From Eledone cirrhosa (taxonomy: Eukaryota): a DNA stretch of 64,000 nucleotides. The stretch covers positions 312,232,001 through 312,296,000 of the forward strand of contig OZ024741.1 of assembly GCA_964016885.1 (NCBI GenBank), in the 5' to 3' direction. Position 1 is the stretch's first letter. Each line of letters begins with the position of its first letter. A model generated the notes under the pieces. The model saw only the letters and a program-made list of their open reading frames with translations, was not told the origin of the DNA and did no database searches. Shown here one piece after another: positions 25,765-36,612 of the stretch. A program made the translations under genes and the position numbers.

Positions 25765-28700
25765 CTAGTTTACGAATTGGAAGCGTGAATGTGCGTGGCC
25801 TAGGGATTCCCTGGAAACAGGGCCAACTTTTAAACGAACTTAGGTCACACGGTATGGATGTGATAGCCAGCACCGAGTTCAGAATCCACAACAGGCAGCA
25901 ACTAACCCCCATCTTCGGCGAATTTGAGATCTACGCATAACTCTGTCAGCCAGGAGGTGGAGGGGGAGTGTCTGTCATGTTTCGGAAGAACCTGGACGTC
26001 GAAGTACAGCAAGTACACTTGGACCCGGAGGGTAGACTGGTAGTCCTAGACGTGAACAGTTTTGGAGGTGGAGCCTTCAGACTGGTGGCCGTTTATGCTG
26101 CGACCGGGCAATCGCAATCACGGCCAGACTTCTTTAAGCGTCTAGTGTCTTTTCTGGGAACGTCTCGCTCCTTACTTTTAGTGGGGGACTGGAATGGTAT
26201 CCTAGATGCACGATGGGACTATGTGGGAGCATGTCCAAGTAGAGGAGGGTGCAACAGCCTCAAAACTGTAATCGGCCAATTCCAACTGGCCGATAGGTAT
26301 CGACTGGATTTCCCGACTGCACCACAGTGTACGTGGGCAAATCGCAGCGGGACATCTAGATCGTATTTAGATAGGTTCTTCATTAGAGAAAGGGACAAGG
26401 AGATGTTAAGCTGTCCACGAATGCACATGGTTGCCTATTCAGATCACAAATTAGTCGTGTGCTTAGAATAGAATCGATAGGGTTTAGCAGAGAGTTAGCC
26501 TTAGAGAAAAACAAAATAGAAAGAGAACTAGTAGCCAAGGTAGAGGAGGCACCTAGATGTGGCAACGCGGCTAGTGTGTTAGCGTCAAGAACAGCACTGG
26601 ACCAGTTCTTCGATGCGAAACACGAAGGCTGCGTGGTCAGAAGCAAAACACGGGCTCTAGGAAACGAAGGGGCGAAAGCTGTCAGCTGGGCGGGAATGGG
26701 GGAGGCGAAAAGTGGCAACAAGTCCACGATTCGGTCTTTGAAAGACCAAAACGGACGCGTGCTACTTGACCCCAAGCAAATGTGCGCGGCCTTTCAGCAG
26801 CATTTTGCGCAACTGTTTGAGCAGAACGATGGTGAGCCGAACGGGGCATTGGACTTTAGTTCATACCTCGACGGCCTGCCGCGTCTTTTGGACACGGAGC
26901 CGAGTTCTGCGAAAGACCGATCACGGACACTGAGATACGGGACGCTCTGGCCGCTGCGGGGAACGCAAGTCACCCGGTCTAGATGGTCTACCCTATGAGT
27001 TTTACATAGGCATGCCGGACTTGTTCTCTGGCGTCCTTGAAGCCGTCTACTGCAATTGGCAGCATAACGGGAGAATTCCCGGTTCTGCAGGCAAGGGCGT
27101 AGTAACGCTGATCAGGAAAGACGAGAACAAGGGGGACGAACTAAGCAACTTTAGGCCCATAACCCTGCTCAACACAGAGTTAAAGATTTTGGCCAAGGTG
27201 CTAGCGACGAGGTTGGCGCTTGTCGTCGAGAACCTGGTAAGGAGAGCGCAAACGTGTGCAATCCCGACCAGGACCATACACGTCAACCTCCACCTCATGC
27301 GATACATCATAGAGAGGGTGGGTAGTAAACCCAGCTTCGGTGGGGCTCTGATCAATTTGGATCAGTCTAAGGCATTCGATAGGGTTGACCATCGATACTT
27401 GGAAGTGGTTCTCAAGACGGCCGGTTTCGGTCCCGTTTTTAGAGGCTGGATCGAGGCGATGCACACCAGCATCTGCTGGAGCGTCAAGGTGAACGGCTAC
27501 TTATCGGAACCGTTCGCAAACACGCGTTCCGTTCGACAGGGGTGCCCTCTCTCCTCCATTCTGTATGTATTGACTCTAGAACCACTACTGCGGAAATTGG
27601 AGCTGTTGCAGGGCACACCTCTAGAACCGGGACTGCGCAAGCGGCGTCGGCTTATTCTGACGACGTGACTGTAATTTTGTAGAGCACCTCGGAAATCGGG
27701 GTGATCGGCAACTTACTGAAAGAATACGAAAAGCTGACGGGAGCAAAACTAAACCCGGACAAGTCTGTCGGTTTGCAACTCGGTACGTGGAGAGGCAAGC
27801 CGATGACGTCCGACAGCGTCGTTGGACGCTGGACGGACGGACCGGTAAAAATACCAGGAGTCTGATTCGGTCCAGACCTCCAGGTGGAGAAAAATTGGGA
27901 GGACATCACGGCCAAGGTGTTTGCACTCACCCAGAAATGGGCAGAATGCAAACTGTCCTTGAAAGGTCGAGCGGAGGTGCGCAAACATGCGCTGAGGATG
28001 CGGCATCTCCAGGTATTCCTCACCGACCCCCAACCGGTGTGGGCACCGTTTGTGAGAGAGGCTTTCCCACAGCTCATCTTGCTGACGGAGCTGCAGTCCT
28101 GAGTCAAGAAAAGAGCGAAAACGATAGGCGCCTGGCACAATGAATGCGCTCAGGCGCTCACAGTCCTCTGGCAAGCGGGCGCATCAATCAGTGGAAACTC
28201 CACTTCGACATTCTATAGAGGGATTTACGTTACCAGGGTGACGACGTGCTTGGAGAGACTCTCGGCGATGAGCTCACCAGTCTGTTTGGTAGGACTTTCC
28301 GCTCGGGACCTATGGACAACTTCCAGAGCTCCCTGGCCTGGCAGTGCTGCCGAGGAGCTCTACCGGTTCGTAACAAGATCTACATGCACGGACGCCCAGG
28401 CAGGGATCCTTCCAAGAGGACGTGTCCAAGATGCGCGCAGGAAATTGAAACAGTCCTGCACGCAATTGTACACTGCCAGGGCGTAACCGACCTGTGGAAC
28501 TATGTACAACAACTGCTGTCGCGTATGGGACAAATCCATTTGACTGCCGAGTCCATAGTAAGGATCAAACCGCCAGCCTCTTTCAAAAACGAAAGAGAAG
28601 CGGTTTTCTTCTGTACAGTGGCTATGGTGAAAGAAGTTATATGGTGGACGAGATTGAGAGGACTGAGGACAGATGCCTTTCTCTGCGGACAACAATTGAT

Positions 28701-28839
28701 TTCCTTCTTTAAGTATCACTTTAGAAGGAAAATCAGAGTGGAAAGAGAGGCACTTCACCCCAGTAAATTTACTGAAAGGTGGGTGAATGAAGTGAAAATG
28801 GCCCGAGTGATTGGGCCTTCTCTGTTTATAAGCCTATAG
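25765..28839 (+). pseudogene. LINE ORF2 remnant: APE endonuclease, reverse transcriptase, C-terminal Cys-rich domain
   Basis: APE motifs LRIGSVNVRGL, AVYA, LLVGDWN, SYLDRF, YSDH. RT motifs KSPGLDGLPYEFY, FRPITLLNTELKILAK, LDQSKAFDRV, VRQGCPLS, AYSDD. C-terminal CPRC..EIETVLHAIVHC. Several stops, frameshifts and internal deletions. Confidence 0.93.
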
Positions 28840-30018
28840 GTTGAAGAAGAGAGCAAAAGTAAGAAAGGAGCACTTGCACAACACGCTCCTGGAGTTGAGG
28901 GTTGTTCTATCGACGGCGTATTAAACAACCCATTTGTGGCGCTTCCCCCCTATTGGGGATTTCGATTGTTTTAATTGTTTGTTTTTATATTTTTTACACG
29001 ACTGTATGTAAAATCCCCGGCATGTCTTTGTATCGTCCCCTTTTCTTGTGCACCCTACTGTCAAATAAAGAAATATAGCTATCTATATATTTATCTCGAT
29101 AGGATTTCCAACCTGTCCGCCAATAAGGAGATATTCGATAGCAACGCAGAGTATTTTAAACAGCTCTTAATAGGGCGGCCCATGGCCAAGCTATATCTCA
29201 CAACCCGAGGCGCCATGATAGGGATAGACCATCGGCTCCCCCGACCCACAGTATCCGGGACGGTTGAACCCTAACAGTGCAAGCAGAGTGGAAGCCACTA
29301 AACCCCATGAACCCGGCACCACCACATTATAGAAAAGGGCGCGTACGCCCAGCCATGGGAGGAAATCCAGTACGCGAGGCAGTCTCAGGGGTGATACTAA
29401 CCACCCCGACTCGGACGCCCCAACTGCAAGACACGAAGCGGGACTGATGGAGGATCATCACATTGTAGAACTCTCAGCGTGGGCACACACCACTCCAAAG
29501 GTACGGGCCGAGAATCTAGCAAAACACATAGCGCCCAAAGGGAAACAACAATGCGGGGACCAGTAGCTACCCCCAAAACTCCCCAACAGCCCACAGCACG
29601 CTCAACCCACCCACATATCAATAGACTAAAAAAATTACGTGGTACAACCCACCCTACTCAGCGGGCCTAAAGACCAGCCTGGTTCGGTTATTTTGTAGGG
29701 CACTAGATAAATGCTTCCCGAGGGACCACAGATACTCCAAGTTCTTCATCAGACAGACTGTAAAGCTCTCCCATATAACCACGCGCAACGTAGCTCAGCA
29801 TATAGCTAGCATCAATAGGAGTAGACGTAGAAACTGCACACAACCAGCAGCTGGAAATATAAGCATACAGCAGAGCCATGTGGAGGGAAGGAATGGTGGA
29901 ACCGGTACTCAGCCTGGGAACGCAAACAAACGCAGGGACCACCCCACCGGGCCCAGGGGGAGACCACCCTATACTACGCAAGGGGAACCTCACAATAGGC
30001 ACTCAGTGGTCGACCACC

Positions 30019-30446
30019 TCCTGCAACTGAAGAACACCCATGTTATGCCCCCCCTAATTAATGAATGCCTCACGAAGAACTTAGTATACGGAGGTAGCGT
30101 AAAACACCCCAACTCTGAGCACATTTACATAGGAGCCAGATCCACGAGCTTCAAAGACAGATGGTATAACCATCGCCATTCCTTTAATAGGGAGGGAAAA
30201 AGGATAAGTACGGCTCTTTCCGAACTGTTCTGGAAGCTCAAGATGGACAGGACCCCGTACTCTCTGGCCTGGTCCAAAATCAGGAAAGTGCCACCTGATA
30301 GAGGGGGATCTGGCATCTGCAGCCTATGTATGAGCGAGACGATCGAGATACTCAGTGCTGGGAGCAGCCTAATCAACCTCAATACCGATTTCTTTTGTAC
30401 ATGTAGACACTTCACAGCCGGAACATTCCTCAAGCTATATGGATAA
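30019..30446 (+). pseudogene. GIY-YIG endonuclease of Penelope-like element
   Basis: CN*RTPMLC(P, frameshift in C7 run)LINECLTKNLVY...YIGARSTSFKDRWYNHRHSF...STALS...W.LK...W...C.LC.SE...LIN......CTCRH (ORF track 29880-30446). Confidence 0.88.
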
Positions 30447-31526
30447 CAACCCACAGGGATGTGAACTCCCCTCAAGCTATAGGGACAGCAGCCCCGTCAC
30501 ACCGAGCCCAAGGTGAACCACCCCTACTCACTCCCCACTTCTACACACGCCTCGATCGACTCCTACAACAACACACCTACCTAGCAGCTAAAACCATGCC
30601 TCACACCGCTGTGGTCAACCCATTTCTCTCACTTCCTTAACCAGAACTCAAGTTAGCTGACACTAGATGATATAAATAGACGAAGTACGTCGGTGGAGTC
30701 CTATCCTCAGTGAAAACAGGCATCACAAGTTTCTGACGAGCGAGCCCCGGCGTCCAAACCCGGCTTGTGACTCGAATAACCGGAGGATATCCTGCCTCAA
30801 ACCCGACCCGCTTCGCATGCATGAGTCAGGGATAAATACCACAAATAAATATGACGCGCCTATTACTACCACTCACCCTCTCCCCCCTACAGAGCTGATT
30901 TTGACCATGTGTCCGTGTGGGTGTATCCAAATGTGGGCGAATATAGAAGTATGTGTATGCGTGCATGTATGCGTGTGTGTGACTGTGTAGACCTAATATG
31001 AATGTACCTGAGCCTGTGTCTGTGCGTGAGTGCTTGCAATGGTGTGCGTTGACAAAATATATGCTGAAATAAGAATTGTAGTCCTTTACACTTCTGGATT
31101 TTGACACACGGGCGCTTTGGTATTTTTCACTCCACTTTTACCTCATTTGCTTTTAAAACGCACCCATCTTTAGTTATACTGTGTGGACGTAAATAGGTGA
31201 ATCTACCGAGCCTGTGTTTATACGTGTGCACGGGCAACGGTGCACGCTGACGAACATTCTGTACTTAAACCTTCTGACAGAAACAACTATAACAGGCCGA
31301 CCTGCCCCAGAAGAATTTTTATAGACTTTTGACTGAGGAGTGTTCTCACAACTGACCAATGGGATACAAGCGTGTCGTATGACGTTGAAATTCGTTTGTT
31401 CTAGCCCATACGATTCCAGTTCCTTGGAGGACTAACAAAACACCCAGGAGCTGGACACATCGATATATTGACAGTGTGAAACACACTTCAGCAACATGTG
31501 TGCCTGTCTTTTCCACACCAATTCGG

Positions 31527-31581
31527 ACTGCCTGAAGAGGTCACAGCAAATAATAGCTGTCACCGAAATATACAAAGCAGT
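31527..31581 (+). ncRNA. Degenerate type I hammerhead ribozyme motif in PLE pLTR
   Basis: actgc-CTGAAGA-ggtcacagc/gctgtcacc-GAAA-tataca-aa-gcagt. Stems I and II pair, but U16.1 is missing, so it is probably inactive. Confidence 0.7.
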
Positions 31582-31767
31582 AAATTTATAATTTATAATA
31601 AACGAAGCCAAATTTTACATATTGGACTTATTTATTTTATTTTACATAACTTATGAGTAAACAAACCAACCTGCGTACTTCGTCGAGTGCTTTGTCCTGC
31701 ATACTGAGATGTTGGTAACCAACCAACATATACTCAAAAAAAAAAAAAAAATAGAAATATATATATA

Positions 31768-32121
31768 TAGTGAAAGAGTAAAGAATAGCATGGTCAAGAG
31801 TACAACAATGGTTTTATTTACAGTATCAACAATGGTTTCATTGATTAGGATGTCTAAAGTTTCCTTATCACTTGAAGTTGTGTCACTCAACCTTCAATAC
31901 AGTGTATGCCTAATCAAATAATCGGAATAACTGGAATAACTGCATCTGATTAACTGCAGTTATTCCGATGATTTGATTAGGCATACACTGTATTGAAGGT
32001 TGAGTGACAAAACTTCAAGTGATTAGCAAACTTTAGACATCCTAATCAATGAAACAATTGTTAATACTGTAAATAAAACCCTTTTTGTTCTGTTGACGAT
32101 GTTATTCTTCACACTTTCACT
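31768..32121. repeat. ~350-bp palindrome (arms ~165 bp) whose arms each contain a hammerhead-like motif
   Basis: 31768-31933 is the reverse complement of 31957-32121 with few mismatches. The right arm reads cagttatt-CCGATGA-t-ttgattagg...cctaatcaa-t-GAAA-CAATTG-TT-aatactg. Confidence 0.9.
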
Positions 32122-32281
32122 ATTATTACTGCAAGACTAACCTGCATAGGAATTCCCGTGAACTCGCCACCTAACAAAGGAAACCTCTTGTGGAGTCATA
32201 CAACGCCGTGCATTAAAACTAACCATAATACAGAGTACTCTCAACCTCTAACTGGATTACCTATAACAATAATTTGTCATC

Positions 32282-32372
<91 letters not shown>

Positions 32373-33901
32373 ATTTGATACAGTGGATTACTACTGCTGT
32401 TCCCAAAGTAAACATTCGAGGCACAGGCACATATATAATCTTACATTATCTATCATACCCTAACTTTAACTGTTGTTATTACCTAGATATTAGGACAGGT
32501 TAATTTCGACATCCTCACACTGAAAGGTATAAATGCACAACTATCAAAATGCACTACGGCGTGTGAATATGGGTGTGTGTCTTTTAACTGGTACTAACTA
32601 AATTCCGTACCTCGTATTAACATGTGTGCATGTACAGCTATCCTATGTATCTGCATATATTGTCGAGAATATGCATAGGAGGATGTACAAACACGTGCGT
32701 ACATATGTTTATATATGAATATATCCATGTGTATTTTTTAAGCTATGCGTCTACAGAGGGTCTTGCTAACGTATAGTCTTGTGGTGACAGTCTAAGATTT
32801 TACACCTCTATCTTGCTTGGCACGGTGATATCTCAGAGTGGCTTGCGTTTATATATATGCTATAAGTGAACTTAAGCATGTTTAAGTCTATTATATCAAC
32901 ATATCTTTCACTATATCTTTCAAGAGGTGCAATTCACACTCATAATACTAAACTAGTACTATTCTAAATCATAAGTAATGCAATTTGCTATGCTAACGTA
33001 GTAACACCGGACATAAATTTAGCAGATCGCTTAAGGGTAAATACAACACTATTGGTTTAATAACAGCGCTAAATTTGAATCCATTAATCCCATACTGTTA
33101 TAATAACAACTGCTGTTCCTATCATGGTGAAAATGATTTCAACTTCAGATTTTCGTTTATCTCTGAGTAACAAGAATAAACAATAATGTGCCTACTTTTG
33201 TAGAGGTCTTCATGCTTAGTTAAATGATTTCACATTCTAGAGTGCCCTATATGGCTATAAGATTTATGGCTATAAGTCTCAAGCCTGTAAATAATATTTC
33301 ACTTTATTTGCCATTTATCTGCTTCCATTTGTTCTCTTGATTCTTCCATGGCTTGCTTATAATCTTGCTACTTGTGAAGAAATCATTTATTCTGTCACAC
33401 TTCCGAATAAATGCATTTGTAGATTAATACTATGCGAATAATTATTAATTGTAACAGATTGATTCATTGTTTGAGCGTAAGTACACGTCTCTCATCTGTA
33501 TAGAAACAATTATCGTGATTAATGATGAACATGATTTAAAAACCTTTTTTTTTAAATTATATATATATATATATATTTATAATAGGTAAGTAGCATCAAT
33601 TTTATATACCTTGGCAGCTTTCACCAATATAACCTGTAGCACATCCATCTAAACATATTCCATATCGATTCTCACACTTAAAGGTACATTACAGAGAGAT
33701 GTGTTCTGTTTGTTTAAAAGCATAAAAACAATTTTAATATATCTTTTGAACTCATGGAAAATAATGAACAATATAATTAGAAACATTGCATGTACAAATA
33801 TCAGAAATCTTTCCTTGTGTCAGTTCTACTATAATAATTAGTGATATTTTTACAATTAACGACAAAATTTCAATTCAATATATATATATATATATATATA
33901 T

Positions 33902-35058
33902 ATGGAAAAGAATGAAATGAAATTTCATTTCTCCCTCTTAGTACGGCTGATACTTAAATGTAAGTATGTATACATACATATATGTATACAGAGGTACAGT
34001 AGTATGTATATATATACATACATGCACACACATATATATATGTACGGATGGATTTACCGAACATTATTATAATAATATTCGGTTTGTTTATAAAAAAAAC
34101 AGCCCGTACAGTGTTCGGCAACCATCGTCGCCTTTTTGTTCGACACTGACACAGGAACGATGTACTACTTTCAAGCTTATTAGCTATCTTCAGCATCGTA
34201 TACCTTCCCGTCAGATGATTGAACGTTTGAAAGTATATACTTTCCTTATGCATATTAACGGCTGAGCAGCCTAATTTGAATATCTAGTCAGTTAGTCGGC
34301 CGGGCATACCGAAAACGATAAATGGAAAAGAATGAAACGAAATTCCATTTCCCACTCTTAGTACGGCTGATACTTAAATGTAAGTATGCATACGTACATA
34401 CATATATGTATACAGACGTACAGTAGTATGTATGTATATACATACATGCACATATATATATATATGTACGTATGGGTTTGCCGAACATTTATTATAATGT
34501 TCGGTTTGTTTGTAAACAAACAGCCCGATTTTCGCCTTACAGTGTTCGGCAACCATTGTCGCCTTTTTGCTCAACACTGACACTGGAATAATGTACTACT
34601 TTCAAGCTTATTAGCTATCGTCAGCATCGTATACCTTCCTGCCATATGATTGAACGTTTGAAAGTATAGACTTTCCTTATGCATATTAACAGTTGAGCAG
34701 CATAATTTACATATAGAGTGAGTTAGTCGGCTGGGCGTACCGATAACGATAAATGGTAAAGAATGAATCGAAATTTCATTTCTCACTCTTAGTACGGCTG
34801 ATACTTAAATCTAAGTATGTATACGTACATACATATATGTATAGAGACGTACAGTAGTATGTATACATACATGCACACATGCACACATATCTATATGTAA
34901 GTACGGGTTTACCGAACATTTATTATAATGTTCGGTTTGTTTGTAAACAAACAGCTCGAATTAAGCCGTACAGTGATTAGCAAACATCGTTGCCCTTTTG
35001 TTCAACACTGACACAGGAAAGATGTACTACTTTCAAGGTTATTAGCTATCGTCAGCAT
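33902..35058 (-). repeat. ~420-430-bp tandem repeat, ~2.7 copies, each with a minus-strand minimal hammerhead motif
   Basis: Units start atgg(a/t)aaagaatgaa at ~33902, 34322 and 34753. Motifs lie at 34157-34199, 34588-34630 and 35019-35058. Confidence 0.9.
34157..34199 (-). ncRNA. Minimal type I hammerhead ribozyme motif
   Basis: Minus strand: acgatg-CTGAAGA-t-agct-aata-agct-t-GAAA-gtag-TA-catcgt. Stem I is a perfect 6 bp, stem II is 4 bp, stem III is weak. Confidence 0.65.
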
Positions 35059-35091
35059 ATATATGTATATATATATCTATATATATGTATG

Positions 35092-35122
<31 letters not shown>

Positions 35123-36487
35123 GTTTGTTATTAAGGTATCACTTTCTCTGTGAGATATGTTTTAACTTTAATTATGTCTCATATAAAATAATACAACTGG
35201 TTTTCCACAAAATACATGTAGTTGGCACACCAAAGACTTAATTGAGTTCTTAACACGCAGGATTGATAATATTTTAGAAAAAACTAATTAACCCGGGTGT
35301 ATATTATTTTACTTTTCTCGTGACTCTTGGTTGTCTCCCTTTTCCGCTTCGGACGCTATGATACTTCCTCAGTCAAAAGACTGCGGGAATTTCAAATTCG
35401 GCGGTCATTCGATGCGTGAAGGGACAACTTAGCGGACACGAAAATTAACTGCGGTAAGGAATTTTTTCTCATATCGAAGTTTAATGGGCTTCCACTGACG
35501 ATTTATAAGTGCCCACCTAAATATATTCTTACATGAAAATATTTCAGGCTTCTACATAAACTGGAAACATTCTCCCAACTTGTAGAAATCTTATAATGAA
35601 ACAATTGTTTGGAAAGAGAGATATAGTTTAACTTTAATTATGTCTCATATAAAATAATACAACTGGCTTTCCACAAAATACATATAGTTAGCACTCGAAA
35701 CACTTAAATTAGGTTTATACTAACGTATAACCTAATGTTTGTTGAGTGAGATGGTTACCAGTCGGAGTTTAGCTTGAAGCTATCTCTGTTATTGTATTAA
35801 ATATTTTACTCTTGATTTGGCCAGAGACTTTTATTTCCAGGTACCTTATAAACATGACTTTCCGTATTTATTACTGTTATGAGATATTGTTTGTTTTTTT
35901 GGGTATCACTTCTCTGTTTTTAACCTAAGAAAATATCTATATGCGTGTGTAAATACTTACATGCATACATTTATTTTTTTTAATTAATTGAGTTCTCAAC
36001 ACGCGGAATTAATAATGGTTTTGAAATAACTAATTAACCCGCGTGTATTAAATATTTTACTATTAGTTTGGCCAGAGATTTACAATCCCAAATGCCTTTT
36101 AAAGCGTAATTTTCCGTATTTACTACAGTTATGAGATGTGGTTTGTTATTTAGGTATCACTGTCTCTGTTTTTAGCCTAAGAAAATATCTATATGCGTGT
36201 GCAATTAATACACGCATACATTTATTTTTTTAAATTAATTGAGTTCTTAACACGCAGGATTGATAATGTTTGTGAAAAAACTAATTAACCCACGTGTATA
36301 TTATTTTACTTTTCTCGTGACTCGTGGTTGTCTCTCTTTTCAGCTTCGTGACGCTATGATACTTCCTCAGTCAAAAGACTGCTGGAATTTCAAATTTGGC
36401 GGTCATTCGATGCGTGAAGGGACAACTTAGCGGACACGAAAATTAACTGCGGTAAGGAATTTTTTCTTATATCAAAGTTTAATGGGC

Positions 36488-36612
36488 TTCCACTGACGAT
36501 TTATAAGTGCCCACCTAGATATATTATTACATGAAAATATGTTAGGCTTCTACATAAACTGGAAACATTCTCCCAAATTTCAGAAAACTTATAATGAAAC
36601 AATTGTTTGGAA
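36488..36612 (+). ncRNA. Type I hammerhead ribozyme motif (representative; one per long monomer)
   Basis: ttcca (36488-92)-CTGACGA (36493-99)-t-ttataagt...acttataa-t-GAAA (36596-99)-CAATTG-TT-tggaa (36608-12). Confidence 0.78.

Larger units (their letters stand above)
23620..29090 (+). mobile_element. Near full-length, degenerate Tx1/L1-like LINE (ORF1 + APE-RT ORF2)
   Basis: Contains the ORF1 and ORF2 remnants listed below. The 3' UTR ends aataaagaaatatagctatctatat. The 5' boundary is approximate. Confidence 0.9.
29095..31740 (+). mobile_element. 5'-truncated Penelope-like element (Naiad-like), RT thumb end + GIY-YIG + pLTR with hammerhead motif
   Basis: RISNLSANKEIFDSNAEYF at ~29100 resembles the PLE RT C-terminus. 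The GIY-YIG region is listed below. A hammerhead-like motif at 31527-31581 is followed by an AT-rich tail. Confidence 0.8.

Noticed and set aside
30730-30780. ctgacgagcgagcc...ggcttgtgactcgaa as a SECIS or hammerhead downstream of the GIY-YIG ORF
   Set aside because: The stem is real, but the spacing to AAA and the 5' RUGA do not fit SECIS, and the GAAA/UH elements of a hammerhead are missing.
36335-36372. Minus-strand CTGAGGA...CGAAG as a second hammerhead in the monomer
   Set aside because: It has GAAG instead of GAAA, no convincing stem II and no UH site.
36445-36470. gcGGTAAGgaatttttt as a spliced-leader RNA donor plus Sm site
   Set aside because: The GT is replaced by CT in many copies, and the U-run directly abuts the donor, unlike SL RNA architecture.
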